Source: Eledone cirrhosa (taxonomy: Eukaryota). Taken from it: a stretch of DNA of 64,000 bases. The stretch is taken from NCBI GenBank assembly GCA_964016885.1, contig OZ024754.1, positions 24,056,001 through 24,120,000 of the forward strand, written 5' to 3'. The notes beneath the pieces are model-generated. The model did no database searches. It saw only the letters and a list, made by a program, of their open reading frames with translations, and was not told the DNA's origin. The position numbers and the translations under genes were made by a program. Numbering within the stretch: position 1 is the stretch's first letter; each line of letters begins with the position of its first letter. This document shows positions 1 through 12,484 of the stretch, one piece after another.

Positions 1-1087
1 CATAACGGCTAGATTCTTCTGGCCAAATATGAGACGCGATATTACTGCACGGTCTCGTTCTTGTCTCTTGTGCCAGAAGTCGAAGGTGCATAAACATATC
101 CGCGCTCCACTCGTTACCTTCAGTACTCCTGATGCACGCTTTCGCCACATACATATTCATCTCGTGGGACCTTGGCCTGTCAGCCGTGGATATCCGTACA
201 TCCTCACCTGCATTGATCGTTTCACCCGATAGCCTGAAGCCATCCCTCTTAGTGACATTACTGCTGAATCTGTAACGCGAGCTCTGGTATTAGGATGGAT
301 ATCGCGTTACGGTGTCCCTACCACTATTACTACAGACCGTAGTAGGCAGTTCGAATCTCACCTTTTCACGGAGCTAACAAATATCATCGGTGCTCAACAT
401 ATCCGGACCACCAGTTACCATCCTGCATCTAATGGAATAGTGGAGCGTTTTCATCGCCAGTTGAAGGTCGCATTTCGTGCCTATCCGGATACTCTACGTT
501 GGAGCGACTACCACCCCATAGTACTATTCGGCACCCGCACTTCAGTTAAGGAGGACCTTGGATTCTCCCCAGCCGAGCTTTTGTATGGCGCACCTTTGTC
601 TTTGCCAGAGCAGATGCTTGCCCCAGTCGATCTTTCTACTCAGGATCCTACACTCTATGTGAATCGTTTGCGTTCGTATTTTCAAGTCCTGCCACCCATG
701 AACACTCGGCACCAAGCCGTTAAATCTTCGGTCCCTAGGGACATTGCCTCGTGGACCCATGTTTTCGTCAGCAATGACGCAGTGAGAAGTCCTCTCACTC
801 CACCTTACTCTGGACCAAATGGCGTGCTAGCACGTTCAGACAAACATTTCACTATTAACTATAACGGGTCTAGAGACACGGTCTCTATTGATAGACTGAA
901 GCGGGCCTACTCAGATACTCTTACACCAGAGCCTCATACTCCCCCTCCTACACTATGTCACGACAAATGCCTACACCACCGCAAGCACCACAAGCTCACA
1001 CATACACACCTCCACCTTCAACATACGTCACGACAAACCGTAACAGTCCATTGCCCCAAGAAACTGTGTAAAACTATTTTCATATGA
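1..1087 (+). mobile_element. Gypsy/Ty3 LTR retrotransposon integrase remnant (pseudogenised)
   Basis: ORF 29-232 has the CxxC of the integrase Zn finger and rve N-terminus (HIHLVGPWPVSRGYPYILTCIDRFTR). An in-frame TAG at 230-232 is followed by PEAIPL..., then ERFHRQLK, a GPY/F-like PPYSGP and VSIDRLK in ORF 440-1087. Confidence 0.88.
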
Positions 1088-1785
1088 ACTAGTCACTTAG
1101 TGCCTTTTTATTGTATTGCCTTTTTCATTCTTACACTCATTCATGTTGTTTTCTTTGCCCTGTATGCGATTATTTGTTCACTTTTCATGACATGCGCTCA
1201 AATATGATATCTCAATTGTCATTTCTCTTTCAACTTACCACATTAAAAAAAAGAAAGAACGAAAACGGGAGTAACTCGTTAATATTTATTGAAATATTCG
1301 AAGCATTACTGCTTCGGACGTGATTAAAAGGAAATTATATAGAGAATTTTAAATATTTCGAAAGCACAAGCAATCGTCAAGGACTTTATATACTAATTCC
1401 TTTCTTTCTGTGTTCGTGGCAGCTGGCAGCTGAGTATCAACCGTCCATAAATAATTTTTACCCGCTAAGAATCTCAATGGGGAACATTTTCTTCAATTTC
1501 TGCCAGTATTACAAAACAAGGTTATCTTGTAGTTACCCGCGTTAAATTGTTTTTTTTTTTAAAGAAAGTCGGTAGTATCGGCCCCATGAACTTCATTTGT
1601 TTTCTAATTCGATAACTATGACTATGAAATAAAACGCGTGGTGATATGAAAACAAATCGATTACGCTAAACGTAAATAAACATAAATAAGTTGCAAATAC
1701 GTGTATTATCCCAAAGTGAAAAACCAAGTTTATTTATTTACACATGGTGCTGGTGGTGATACGGAAATAAACGATGGTTGACGAA

Positions 1786-1804
1786 TGACGTCAGATTGAC
1801 GTCA
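1786..1804. promoter_or_regulatory. Two tandem perfect CRE palindromes (TGACGTCA x2), candidate promoter element
   Basis: TGACGTCA at 1786-1793 and 1797-1804 in apparently non-repetitive sequence upstream of the DUF229 gene. Function is inferred only. Confidence 0.3.
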
Positions 1805-2193
1805 CATTCTTCTACTTTCACTTCTGACAGCCTTATTCTGTTGCAGTGCCGCATTATTTGCTAAATCTTCTTCACATTCTAGCTTTTTAAATAAAAAAAA
1901 AAAGACAACATAAAGGCGCTCTTTTGTAAGCGGTAGACGAAATGTAAACAAACGAATCGGCATATTCCGTAATTCTCCGAAATTCAGCTGACAAATATTC
2001 TATTCAAGAATTTACCAAATTCTTTATTAATAAAAAGAAAAGAAATATCGCCAAATGTACGGACTTTAAATAATCTCTTTTCCACATATCTACAGGAATT
2101 TCACTTATTAGTGGGAAAAAGAAGCAGATTAAATTAAGTTTGGTAATGATTATGAAAGAATATTGCTATAATATATACTTGAGTCACAAGTAA

Positions 2194-3079
2194 ATTTATA
2201 GAACACTTTCCTCGATTTCAGTGGGGGATACATTTTTGTTTTTCCTCGGGTTTTCCGTATGATATCAACTAATCTAACATCAAAGATGTTCACAATCGAC
2301 CTTTTTTCCCGGAAAACGGAGGGGTGGATATCCCTCCGCGGATAACACCTCCTCTTCTGAGTTATCTCTGATTTTATGTTTCTTTGAGTGTTATCAACGA
2401 ATATGACCTCCAAAACATTCGGAAACGACTAGATTTGTAGCAAAAAAAAAAAAAAAAAAAGGATGAAAGAGGTCGAAAAGACCATCGGAATAACGTAGAT
2501 CTACACACCTCTCGTGTTTGGTGGGAAATAATTAATTTTCTCGATTTTGTTTTCGCGTGCTATCAACTAATCTGACCTCTTAGATACTCGCGTACCCCCC
2601 CCCCCCCCCGGTAAACGGAAACAGTAAACCTAACCCTAAAATTAAACCAAAACTCAACCTCGACCTCAACGCTAACCCTAATCCTGGAAAAAAAATGTCG
2701 ATTGCGGACATCATCTGCGAGGTTAAAAAGAAATCGAGGAAAAATAATTATTTTTCTTGAAAGGCGAGCAGTGTACAGATGTGCGAAACTCCTATGGTGT
2801 CCCCCACCACACCTCTTTTTCTACCAATCTAGTCGTTTCCGACTGGTTTAGAGGTCATATTCGTTGATAAATCGCGAAAAAAAAAAAAGAAAAAAAAACA
2901 TGAAGAAAACTCTGAGGGAGTTGAGACACACACCCACCTCACTCCTCCGTTTTCCGTCCGGGGGTGAGGGTGTCGATTTCGAGCATTTTAGAGGTTAGAT
3001 TAGTTGATAGCGCACGAAAGAAAAAAAGAGGACAAATTTTTTCCCCACTGAAATCGAAAGGGTATGTTGTTCTATAAAT
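2194..3079. repeat. ~890 bp degenerate palindrome (foldback/MITE-like) with a TAACCC-like centre
   Basis: atttatagaac...tcgatttcagtgggg (2194-) matches the reverse complement of ccccactgaaatcga...gttctataaat (-3079). ttatcaacgaatatgacctc...ggaaacgactagat (2391-) matches the reverse complement of ~2827-2870. The centre ~2625-2685 has cctaaccctaa motifs. Confidence 0.75.
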
Positions 3080-3803
3080 AATACCTACGTTTATTTACAT
3101 CTCGTCTACTGCTTACGAATATTCGCCAAAATAAAAATATTGCTAGTTTCATTTTTAATTACGTACGTATTCGGCAAGATTACCATTATATTTAATGACC
3201 TTTTAAATTTTCTAATGTATGTTGTAAAAACATTTCTGTAAACTGAAGTCGTTTCTTATGTGGTATACGCCATAAACACGTGCGTCTCTTTCTCTCGACC
3301 CATTTAGTCTATGTACAACAGACATCCTACTACGGCTTCTATTTTTACTACTACTACTGCCGCCGCTACTGCTACAGTGCGTTACAGGTACTTTATTTTA
3401 TTGACCCCCGTAAGGATGAAAGGTAAAGCTAACCTTGGTATTAATAATTTAGCGTTAAAAAGCGTGAAAAAATAAATATCACCATGAAAAAAAGCCATTA
3501 AAAAATCGCGGAAGACATTTACGATTCCGCGAATATGCGGTGGTTATCACGAACAATTATTAGTTAGGTTCTACGAAAAATTCCTCGAATAACCGGGACC
3601 GTGAATGCCGGGGGTTCACTGTGTATGTTAAGAAAGTTATGAGAAAACAAAGTCAGTGGGTGGAACCACTATACTGTTATTTGTACCAAAATGAATTCAC
3701 TTCAGTTACTTCCGTCTTAATTTCTTTGGGAAAAGTATGAATGCTACAGCATCACAGTTAGTGTTCCCTTAAACTTTAAGGCTTAAAATTATGCAGGTTC
3801 ACG

Positions 3804-4301
3804 GCATACGTCAAGACGGGCGGTCTCAAAAGTGAAACTAATTTTACGATTGTGAATTTGTTTGTTTTTTTATAACAGGTCTCAATAGTGAAAGTATAAT
3901 GCAGACACACGCAATTGTATGGATTTCTTAATATATATATATATGTGTGGGTGTGTATATGTGTGTATATATATGTGGGTGTGTATATGTGTGTATATAT
4001 ATGTGTGTTTGTGTGTATATATATGTGTCTGTATATATATATATGTGTATGTGGCCACATATATATACACACAAACATATATATACGTCTAAACCCATGC
4101 TTGCGTGGAAGATAGACGTTAAACGATGATGATGACACAAACACATATATATACACAAACACACATATATATATATATACATACACACACATATATACAC
4201 ACATATACACACCCACACATATATATATATTAAGAAATCCATACAATTGCGTGTGTCTGCATTATACTTTCACTTTCGAGACCGGCCGTCTTGACGTATG
4301 C
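3804..4301. repeat. Fold-back inverted duplication enclosing an RTE 3'-tail fragment
   Basis: 3878-~4020 is the reverse complement of ~4135-4283, and 3804-3837 pairs with 4268-4301. The spacer holds aaacccatgcttgcgtggaagatagacgttaaacgatgatgatg (RTE-type tail). Confidence 0.85.
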
Positions 4302-4346
4302 TCAGGTTCACACAAAAATTGTTGTTGTTGTTTTTTTTTGTCACGG

Positions 4347-4607
4347 TTAGTAGTAGTGGTGGTAGTAGTAGTAGAAGTGGTGGTGATGATAGTAATAGTA
4401 GAAGCAGTAGTAGTAATAGTAGAAGTGGTGGTGGTGATGGTAGTAGTAGTAGTAATGTGGTGGTGGTTGTAGTAGTAGTAGTGTGGTGGTGGTAGTAGAA
4501 GTAGTAATGTGGTGGTGGTTGTAGTAGTAGTAGTGTGGTGGTGGTAGTAGAAGTAGTAATGTGGTGGTGGTGGTGGTTGTAGTAGTAGTAGTAGTGTGGT
4601 GGTGGTT

Positions 4608-4641
<34 letters not shown>

Positions 4642-4730
4642 AAGTAGAAATGTGGTGATGGTAGTAGTAGTATTAGTAATGTGGTGATGGTAGTAGTAGG
4701 AGTAGTAATGTGGTGGAGGGTGATGCTGGT
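4347..4730. repeat. Compound (GTA)n/(GTG)n microsatellite
   Basis: Seen directly in the sequence. Confidence 0.95.
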
Positions 4731-5592
4731 AGAATTTGTTTTTGTTAGTTTGTTTGCTTGTTTTTTAACGATTTTGTTTTTCTTTTTCTTTTATGTCTTT
4801 TAGCAGAAACCGAGATGGGAAACCAACACAAGCTATGCACCAATTTCTTTCACGGATACTATGTGCCTTCCTTCCACCTGACTGACATACACCAGCATGC
4901 AAGCAGTGTGTAGAATGAGAAAATATTTTTGAGATAGAAAGTGGTAGGAGACAACTGCAATAAACCCATCAATGAACTACAACTGCAAACAGCCTCGAAA
5001 TGAAAGAGAAGTAGAAACAAGGAAGAGATATGACGAGGTTGCGATCGCTTCTATAACATACCTCTACATTAAAAGAAAACGGAGAAAAAATAATGTGCTG
5101 TGTGCTGCCATACAGTATGGTGCTATTAACTGTGTTTATCTTACATGGACAGCTTTACTCCTAGCTGATGGACACATTATATAATAATAATAATAATTGT
5201 TTCTACTTTTGGCACAAGGCCAGCAATTACCCAGTGCATTACTGGTACTTTATTTTATCGACCCCGTAAGGATGAAAGGCAAAGTTAATAATAATGATAA
5301 TAATAACTAATAATGATAATAATGATGATGATTTCAACGTTTGATCAGCTAACCTAAACCAAGGTCAGTTTTATCGTTACATCCAGCTACACACCAAACC
5401 CAGTGAATGGATTTGAATATTTTATATATCTATTGAAAACTGCTGCCATTCCAGTGATATTTAATTTTTTTTTTTTTTTAAATCTGGGCTCTGCTATTTC
5501 TTTCATTCTTTATTCCTTCATCTTATAATCATTCTGATTAATCAGCTGTACTGTATAGTTGTGGTTGTTATTTATATTTTACCTTCCCTAAA

Positions 5593-7533
5593 ATGTTTGT
5601 TTCCAATTTCAATAACAGACGAATGAGAAGAGTAGCTCTCTTTCTGATTCTATTGATTGTATTTTATTCAGGATATTCAATATTGAAATTTCCTGTCCTT
5701 GAATTTATGGAGAGTGATACTGATGTGAAATGTCAACTACCAAATATTAACCCTTATGATAAATCTATTATTGACTATATTTTCCATCCAGAACCATTAC
5801 ATTGCGCTCTTAAAGTTGATTTGACTTTCTTTAATAAAGAAGGTTTACTACAGCTTAATGTAACAGCTTCTATAAAAGCTGGCTTCTCCTTAGATACACT
5901 CAACTGTAGTTATCAGGCTGTGTATCGAACTAATGATGACGATGACCACGTGGCTTTCAAAAACCCAGTTTATATTAAGTTACCTGCTGATATACCTGAA
6001 GATTTCTTTGTCATCAGCTGTAAAGATGTTAATCGACGTGCGTTCACCCATCTTCACGCTCACGTCTCAAAAAAAACATTTCAGAAAATCAAACTTCCAC
6101 CTCATTGCCCACAAACACAATACAATGTTTTGGTTTTCGGAATTGATTCCGTTTCAAGATTAAATGCTTTAAGGAAACTTCCGAAAACTTATAAATATTT
6201 AACAGAAACATTAGGAGGTGTTGCCTTTAAAGGCTATACTAAAATTGATGCAAATACATTCCCAAACATGATATCGATGCTAGTAGGGAAATATGCAAGA
6301 GAACTTCATAAAACTCCTGTGGGCTCCAAATTTTATGATGGTTACCCATTGTTATGGAAGAATTTTTCAGAATGCCAGTATGTAACAATGTTTGGAGAGG
6401 ATGCACCTCATATTTCTACATTCAATTACTTGGATTATGGGTTTCAAAAACAGCCTACTGATCATTACATGCGACCCTTTTGGTTATCCTTTAAAGACGT
6501 TCATCCTATTGAAAATCTTTTGGGTCCTGTGTGGCTTGCTCTGGAAAATAAAAAAGTTCGCTTAGGAAAAGCTTCAAATTTATGCCACGGTGGAAGTCCG
6601 AAACATATGTTAGTGGTAAACTATTTCCTCAGTTTCGTTCGTCGTTACCATCAGAAAATACCTCTTTATGCTTTCTCCTGGCTTACAGAAATCAGTCATG
6701 ATTATCTAAATATGGTTGAAGTAGCTGATGATGATTTCTATGAGTTTGTTAAAATTCTCAATTCTGAAGGTTTTTTAAATGACAGTTTTCTTTTCTTCAT
6801 GAGCGACCATGGTCATAGATTTGATTGGTTTCGGCGAACACTTATTGGCCGTATTGAGGACAAGATGCCTTTATTTATTCTGAAAACACCAGATAAATTT
6901 AAAAGCAACCATCCAAAAATTGCAAATAACCTAAAACAAAACAGCGAATATTTAACGTCACCTTTTGACACACATGAAACACTAAAAGATATTTTATATG
7001 CTAATTTTGAACCCTCTCCAAAAACATCACAAAGCAACGACCAAACTTTACAACCAATTAGTTTGTTTCAAAGAATTTCAAACACAAGAACATGTGCACA
7101 AGCTGGAATACCACAACAGTTCTGCGCATGCTACAAAACAGCAGATATAAATCCCAAGGAAGCTATTGTTTCTGATCTTACAAATTACATATTAAAAACT
7201 ATCAATACATGGACCGAAAAATTTCGCAAAATATGTGCTGAATTTAAATTTTTGTCCATATTAAATGTACAAAAACAAGTTCCATCAGGCTCACTTAATA
7301 TGAAAAAGAAATCAACATTTTTAGGTTTCCATCAACCACATGAAGATCCACTTGGGTTATATATTATTTCAGTGAAAGTGACTCCTAGTAATGCTATTTT
7401 TGAAGCAATGGTCAACTTACGATCTAGGGATTCAATGGAAATCCTTGGTGATATCTATCGGATTAACCGCTATGGTAATCAATCATATTGTGTGAACGAA
7501 AAAAAATTGAAACCCTATTGTTATTGTATTTGA
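5593..7533 (+). CDS. DUF229 (PF02995) family protein, alkaline phosphatase/sulfatase-like fold, predicted type II membrane protein
   Basis: Uninterrupted 646-aa ORF with an N-terminal basic stretch plus hydrophobic anchor (RRVALFLILLIVF). Family motifs: NVLVFGIDSVSR..RKLPKT, GYTK..NTFPN, FNY..GF..QPTDHYMRPF, SHD, SDHGHRF, LTSPFD.H.TL, RTC..AGIP..CAC and a C-terminal RINRYGNQS.C..YCYC. The true start may be ATG 5623, just after a candidate splice acceptor (aataacAG, 5618). Confidence 0.9.
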   Translation: MFVSNFNNRRMRRVALFLILLIVFYSGYSILKFPVLEFMESDTDVKCQLPNINPYDKSIIDYIFHPEPLHCALKVDLTFFNKEGLLQLNVTASIKAGFSLDTLNCSYQAVYRTNDDDDHVAFKNPVYIKLPADIPEDFFVISCKDVNRRAFTHLHAHVSKKTFQKIKLPPHCPQTQYNVLVFGIDSVSRLNALRKLPKTYKYLTETLGGVAFKGYTKIDANTFPNMISMLVGKYARELHKTPVGSKFYDGYPLLWKNFSECQYVTMFGEDAPHISTFNYLDYGFQKQPTDHYMRPFWLSFKDVHPIENLLGPVWLALENKKVRLGKASNLCHGGSPKHMLVVNYFLSFVRRYHQKIPLYAFSWLTEISHDYLNMVEVADDDFYEFVKILNSEGFLNDSFLFFMSDHGHRFDWFRRTLIGRIEDKMPLFILKTPDKFKSNHPKIANNLKQNSEYLTSPFDTHETLKDILYANFEPSPKTSQSNDQTLQPISLFQRISNTRTCAQAGIPQQFCACYKTADINPKEAIVSDLTNYILKTINTWTEKFRKICAEFKFLSILNVQKQVPSGSLNMKKKSTFLGFHQPHEDPLGLYIISVKVTPSNAIFEAMVNLRSRDSMEILGDIYRINRYGNQSYCVNEKKLKPYCYCI

Positions 7534-8056
7534 TATTTTTATAATTAGAATGACACATTTAATTTGTCAAGAAACCGATATATTTAATTAATTCTCTTTC
7601 CCTCTCTCTCTCTGTCATCCTCTCCCTCTTTTTTGTCTCTATTTTTTTATTTGTTTGTTTGTGTTTTTAATGTTTATTTAAGTCTTTAAAGAATTTGATA
7701 AAATGTTTTATCTTTATTTCAAAATTGTTCAATCTTGAAACGCGTACTTCATCACCTCATTGCTGTCAGTTGTTCTAAGTTTACACAGGGCTGTGATACA
7801 TCTGTGATGGACCTTTAGCTGTTTCCTGAGCTCGAACAAAGCAAACAAACCAGCTGTTATAGGCAAGGGCTGGTATTTAGTTCCTTAGGTTAGCTCTATG
7901 ATGTGCACCCTATTCTCCCAAATAAAATAAATTCAATTTACAGTTTGGCAAGCTGTCAAACAGCTTTTGACCACATTAAGAAAATTACTAAGCCTGCATT
8001 TTCTCTCTCACAGTCCACATTCAACCATGTCAAGTCATGTGATTGATCATCTCCAT

Positions 8057-9720
8057 TCATCATCATCATCATCATCAACGTTTAACGTCCGTGTTCCACG
8101 CTTGCATGGGTTTGGACGGGGGTATTCCCACTTGAGGCAAGAGTGGTTGTCTTGCTCGCATAGGACTGTCTGGCAGGTTTTCTACAGTTGGATGCCCTTC
8201 CTAACACCAACCACATTTACAGTGTGGGGCTGGGAGGTTTTTACCGTGTTGCCTACACGGCCACATTACAGCGTGGACTGTGTGTTTTTTTGTCGTGACA
8301 CCTACACGATCTCATTTGTTTCGGCCTGGATGGCGCGGCACCAACATAACTTTACATAGAACGGGGTGGTGTGGATAGGGTGGGGGTGGTGGGACGGGGT
8401 GTATTTTGTTAGAGATGCCTACTGGCTGTAGTAGGTTTTACTATGTATTTAGGTAAGGCGGGTCTTCTCTGTTACTGAGTACCGCCAAAGGTCTCGGTCC
8501 AGTGACATTGTCTTGGAGAGGTGTAAGTGTGTGAGGTCGGAGTTTATCAGCTCGTCCCAGGTTTTTCTAGGTCTGCCTATTCCGTGGCTACCGTCTATCT
8601 TTATTGCCCTGCACTTTGTTATACAGCTATCGACTTTCATGCGCATCACGTGTCCATACCAACGTAGCCTTCTCTCGAGTAAACAACAACTGATCCCTCT
8701 TATTTCTAATTTTTTCCTTAGTTCGTTTATACTTTGCCGTTCACGTATATTACTGTTACACATCCAGCGGAGCATGCAAGCTTCATTCCTCTCTAGTCTG
8801 CGTATATCCTCTGCACACAATGCCCAGGTCTCACTGCCATGCAACATTGCTGTTCGTATGCAGGCATCATACAACCTGCCTTTCATTTTTAGGGAGAACC
8901 CTTTAGCAGCTAATAGTGGTATAAGCTCTCTGAACTTTTTCCAACCAGTTCTGACTCTAGCTACTGTACTTTCAGAGCACCCTCCCCCACTGCTGATTTT
9001 ATCGCCCAGGTAACGGAAGCTGTCCACTATTTCTATAGAACCCTCTGCGCAATTGAAAGAGCTAGTATTTTGTGGGCACTTGCTGCTACTTATTGCACCA
9101 GAGCACCGGCCACATGTAAAATCTATGTTCTTAGTTAGCTTACCTGTGATCCCACTACATCTTTTATGCACCCATACTTTGCATTTGGGACATAAAATGG
9201 AGTTTCTACCTACGCCTTTCCTACACACTGAGCATGACCATTTCCCAGAAGGGACCGCCGCCTTATTTTCTTTCCTACAAACTAGAACTTTAGTCTTAGC
9301 CAGGTTAATTTTAAGTCCTTTTGATTCTAGGCCGTGCTTCCATGTTTGGAATTTCTTCTCTAGCTCGGCCATTGATTCAGCTATGAGTGTCAGGTCGTCT
9401 GCGTATAGGAGTTCCCATGGGCAGCCGGTCTTGAACTCCTCTGTTATAGCCTGAAGGGCAATAATAAATAGTAGGGGGCTGAGAACAGAGCCCTGATGGA
9501 CGCCAACTTTTACGCTAAACTCTTCACTATATTCGTTGTTAATTCTAACCTTGCTGACTGTTTCTTTATACATGGCTTGTATAGCTCTCACAAGCCATTC
9601 GTCAACCCCTAGTTTTCTAAGAGCCCACCAGATAATGGAGCGGGGGACTCTGTCGAAGGCTTTCTCCAAGTCGACAAAAGCTAAGTAGAGGGGTTTACCT
9701 TTAGCTAGGTACTTCTCCAT
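8057..9720 (-). mobile_element. 5'-truncated RTE LINE (PHD-containing RT family A) with 3'UTR and (GAT)n tail
   Basis: 423-aa ORF 8449-9720 with FVDLEKAFDRV, GVHQGSVLSP, YADD and RRLRWYGHVMR. The tail reads as (TCA)n on + at ~8057-8077. Confidence 0.93.
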
Positions 9721-10134
9721 TGCTTTAGATATTTCTACAATGCTGCTACACGGGTCAGATGTTTAGTTATTTATTTATATTTAAGTTGATTATACAAACT
9801 TGTATAAAACTGTGAACCTTTAAGGTTCAGTATGTGCTTTTCTGAAGTCAACGCCGTTAAGGGCTGCCTAGAAGCGCCGATTCTGATAATAGGTAATTGG
9901 AAACTGCTAGCTAATAGCTAATTGAAAAGCAATGATAGAGGGTTTGAAACTTAGACCCACAACTTTCATGGAGGGCTGTCATGTAATCTCACAAATACCA
10001 ATTGAGAAAGTAGATGTATAAATAAACTACCTACTGTCTGTTGAGAAGATACTCAGTGGCTAGAATGACATGTGTGATATGACTTCTATTATAGTGGCAT
10101 TCACTTTTGTATTCAACTAAGTAATATGAAGTTA

Positions 10135-10410
10135 AAGGGTTTGGCACACGATTGCAAGGTAGTGAGTTTGATTCCCAACAATGCATTATGTGCTTGGGCA
10201 AGAAACTCAATTTCAGAACGTTTCAGTCCACTCAGCTGGCAAAACTGAGTGGTACCTGTATTTAGAAGGGCCAGTCTTGTCATGCTGAATCTCCCTGTGA
10301 ACTACATTAATAGTACATGTATCTGTGAAATGCCCCTATCCACTTACACATTGATTTTACGAACAAGCTTTTCCATTGATCAAATCAACTGAAACACTTG
10401 TCATTGATCT
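10135..10410 (+). mobile_element. Old, degenerate tRNA-derived CORE-type SINE
   Basis: Degenerate B-box gagtttgattcc followed by the CORE-like tgtgcttgggcaagaaact and cagtccactcagctggc. Confidence 0.5.
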
Positions 10411-10920
10411 CAACAGATGTGAAACAAGTGTCCAGTCAGTAAAATGAGGTATACTCTTGGGTCTCGAATAGTCATCCCTGTCCCCTTCGCTTATTCCAAC
10501 CCACACCCCCCCCACCACCATCTATCTCCTGCGAAATTTTATTTTAAATGGTAGCATTCCTGTGACAATTTTCTTTAGACATTAAAAAACATTATACATG
10601 ACAAAAAAGGTACATTACTAGAAATCCCATATGTTATAAAATATATAGGATGTATCGGGGTCTCAATATGCAAACTAAGCCACTAATTTGGGTTTTCCAA
10701 AAAAATCAATACAAGTAACTTAGAAAAATTTCCGATATATATATATATACATATATATATAGTTGTTATATAGTAAGGTGCAATATTGGTTGTGTAAAAT
10801 GGTCCAATAACTTTATGTTAACAATATTAAGTTCTCCACGCTTTATATAACTTTATGTTAGCAATATTAAGTTCTCCACGCTTGCCTTCGGATTTTGATA
10901 CATATATATATATATATATA

Positions 10921-12413
10921 TTAGAATTAACAATGAATATTGTGAAGAATTTAGTGTAAAAGTTGGTGTTCATCAAGGCTGTGTCCTTAGCCCCCTCCTA
11001 TTTATTATTGCCCTTCAGGCTATAACAGAGGAGTTCAAGACCCATGGGGACTCCTATATGCAGATGATCTAACTCTCATAGCTGAATCTATGGCTGAACT
11101 AGAGAAGAAATTCCAAACATGGAAGCATGGCCTAGAATCAAAAGGCCTTAAAGTTAACTTGTCTAAGACTAAAGTTCTAGTTTGTAGAAAGGAAAATAAG
11201 GCACAGGTGCCCTCAGGGAAATGGTCATGCTCAGTGTGTAGGAAAGGAGTAGGCAGGAATTCCGTTTTATATCCCAAATGCAAATTATGGGTACATAAAA
11301 GATGTAGTGGGATCACAGGTAAACTATCTAAGAACGTAGACTTTATATGTGGCCGATGCTGAGGTACAATAAGTAGCAAGTGCCCACAGGATACTAGCTC
11401 CTTCTGCCCAGATGGTTCTATAGAAATAGTGGACACCTTCCGTTACCTGAGTGATGAATTCAGCAGTGGTGGATGGTGTTCTGAAAGTACAGTAATCAGA
11501 GTCAGAACGAGATGGAAAAAGTTCAGAGAGCTTATACCACTGTTGGCCACAAAAAGTTTCTCTCTAAAAATGAAAGGCAAGTTGTATGATGCCTGTATAC
11601 AAACAGCAATGCTACATGGCAGTGAGACATGGGCATTGCGTGCAGAGGACCTGCGCAGACTGGAAAGGAACGAAGCATGCATGCTCCGTCGGATGAGTAA
11701 TAGTAATATACGTGAACGGCAAAGCATAAATGAACTAAGTGAGAAATTATGAATAAGAGGGATCAGTTGCTGTTTACTTGAGAGAAGACTACGTTGGTAT
11801 GGCCACATGATGCGCATGAAAGATGACAGCTGTATAAAAAAGTGCAGGGCGATCAAAATTGATGATAGTTATGGAGTAGGTAGACCCAGAAAAACCTGGG
11901 ACGATCTGATAAATTCTGACCTTACACACTTGCACCTCTCTAAGACAATGTCACTGGACCGAGATCTTTGGCGCTACGCAACACAGAAGACCTGCCTTGC
12001 CTATGTACAAAGCGAAACCTAGTCAGTAGGCACCTCTTAACCAAATATACACCCAATCCACTACCCCTACCCTATGCTCCCACTCCCACCAACACCAACC
12101 TCTCTCTCTGTAAAGTTGGTACCACAACATCCAGTCCAAATAAATGAGATCGAGATCGTGTAGGTGTCACGACAAAAAAATCACACAGTCCACGCTGTAA
12201 TGTGGCCGTGTAGGTAACACGGTAAAAAGTTCCCAGTTCCACACGGTAAATGTGGCTGGTGTTAGGAAGGGCATCCAGCCGTAGAAAACCTGCCATATAG
12301 TCTTATATGAGTGAGACACAGTTACCCGACCAGCCTTGCCTCAAGTGGGACAACTCCCGTCAAACCCATGCTAGCATGGAATATGGACGTTAAACGATGA
12401 TGATGATGATGAT
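10921..12413 (+). mobile_element. Degenerate 5'-truncated RTE LINE (family A)
   Basis: Fragmented ORFs 11090-11362, 11429-11752 and 11807-12022 are homologous to 8449-9720. Same 3'UTR and gacgttaaac(gat)n tail. Confidence 0.92.
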
Positions 12414-12484
12414 ATATATAAATATATACCTACATACATATATATATATATATAAATATATACTTATATACACATATATATATA

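Noticed and set aside
2625-2685. Interstitial telomere
   Set aside because: Only a few degenerate TAACCC units at the centre of a palindrome.
3440-3622. Tigger/pogo-like terminus (cagtgaacccccg on minus)
   Set aside because: Only one end is visible, with no partner TIR or ORF.
4972-5184. 70-aa ORF with a KRKRRK stretch (possible upstream exon or Harbinger N-terminus)
   Set aside because: Too short, with no diagnostic motif.
8513-9454. Antisense ORFs recurring opposite RTE RT copies
   Set aside because: Shadow frames of the same LINE family. Recurrence reflects copy identity, not independent conservation.
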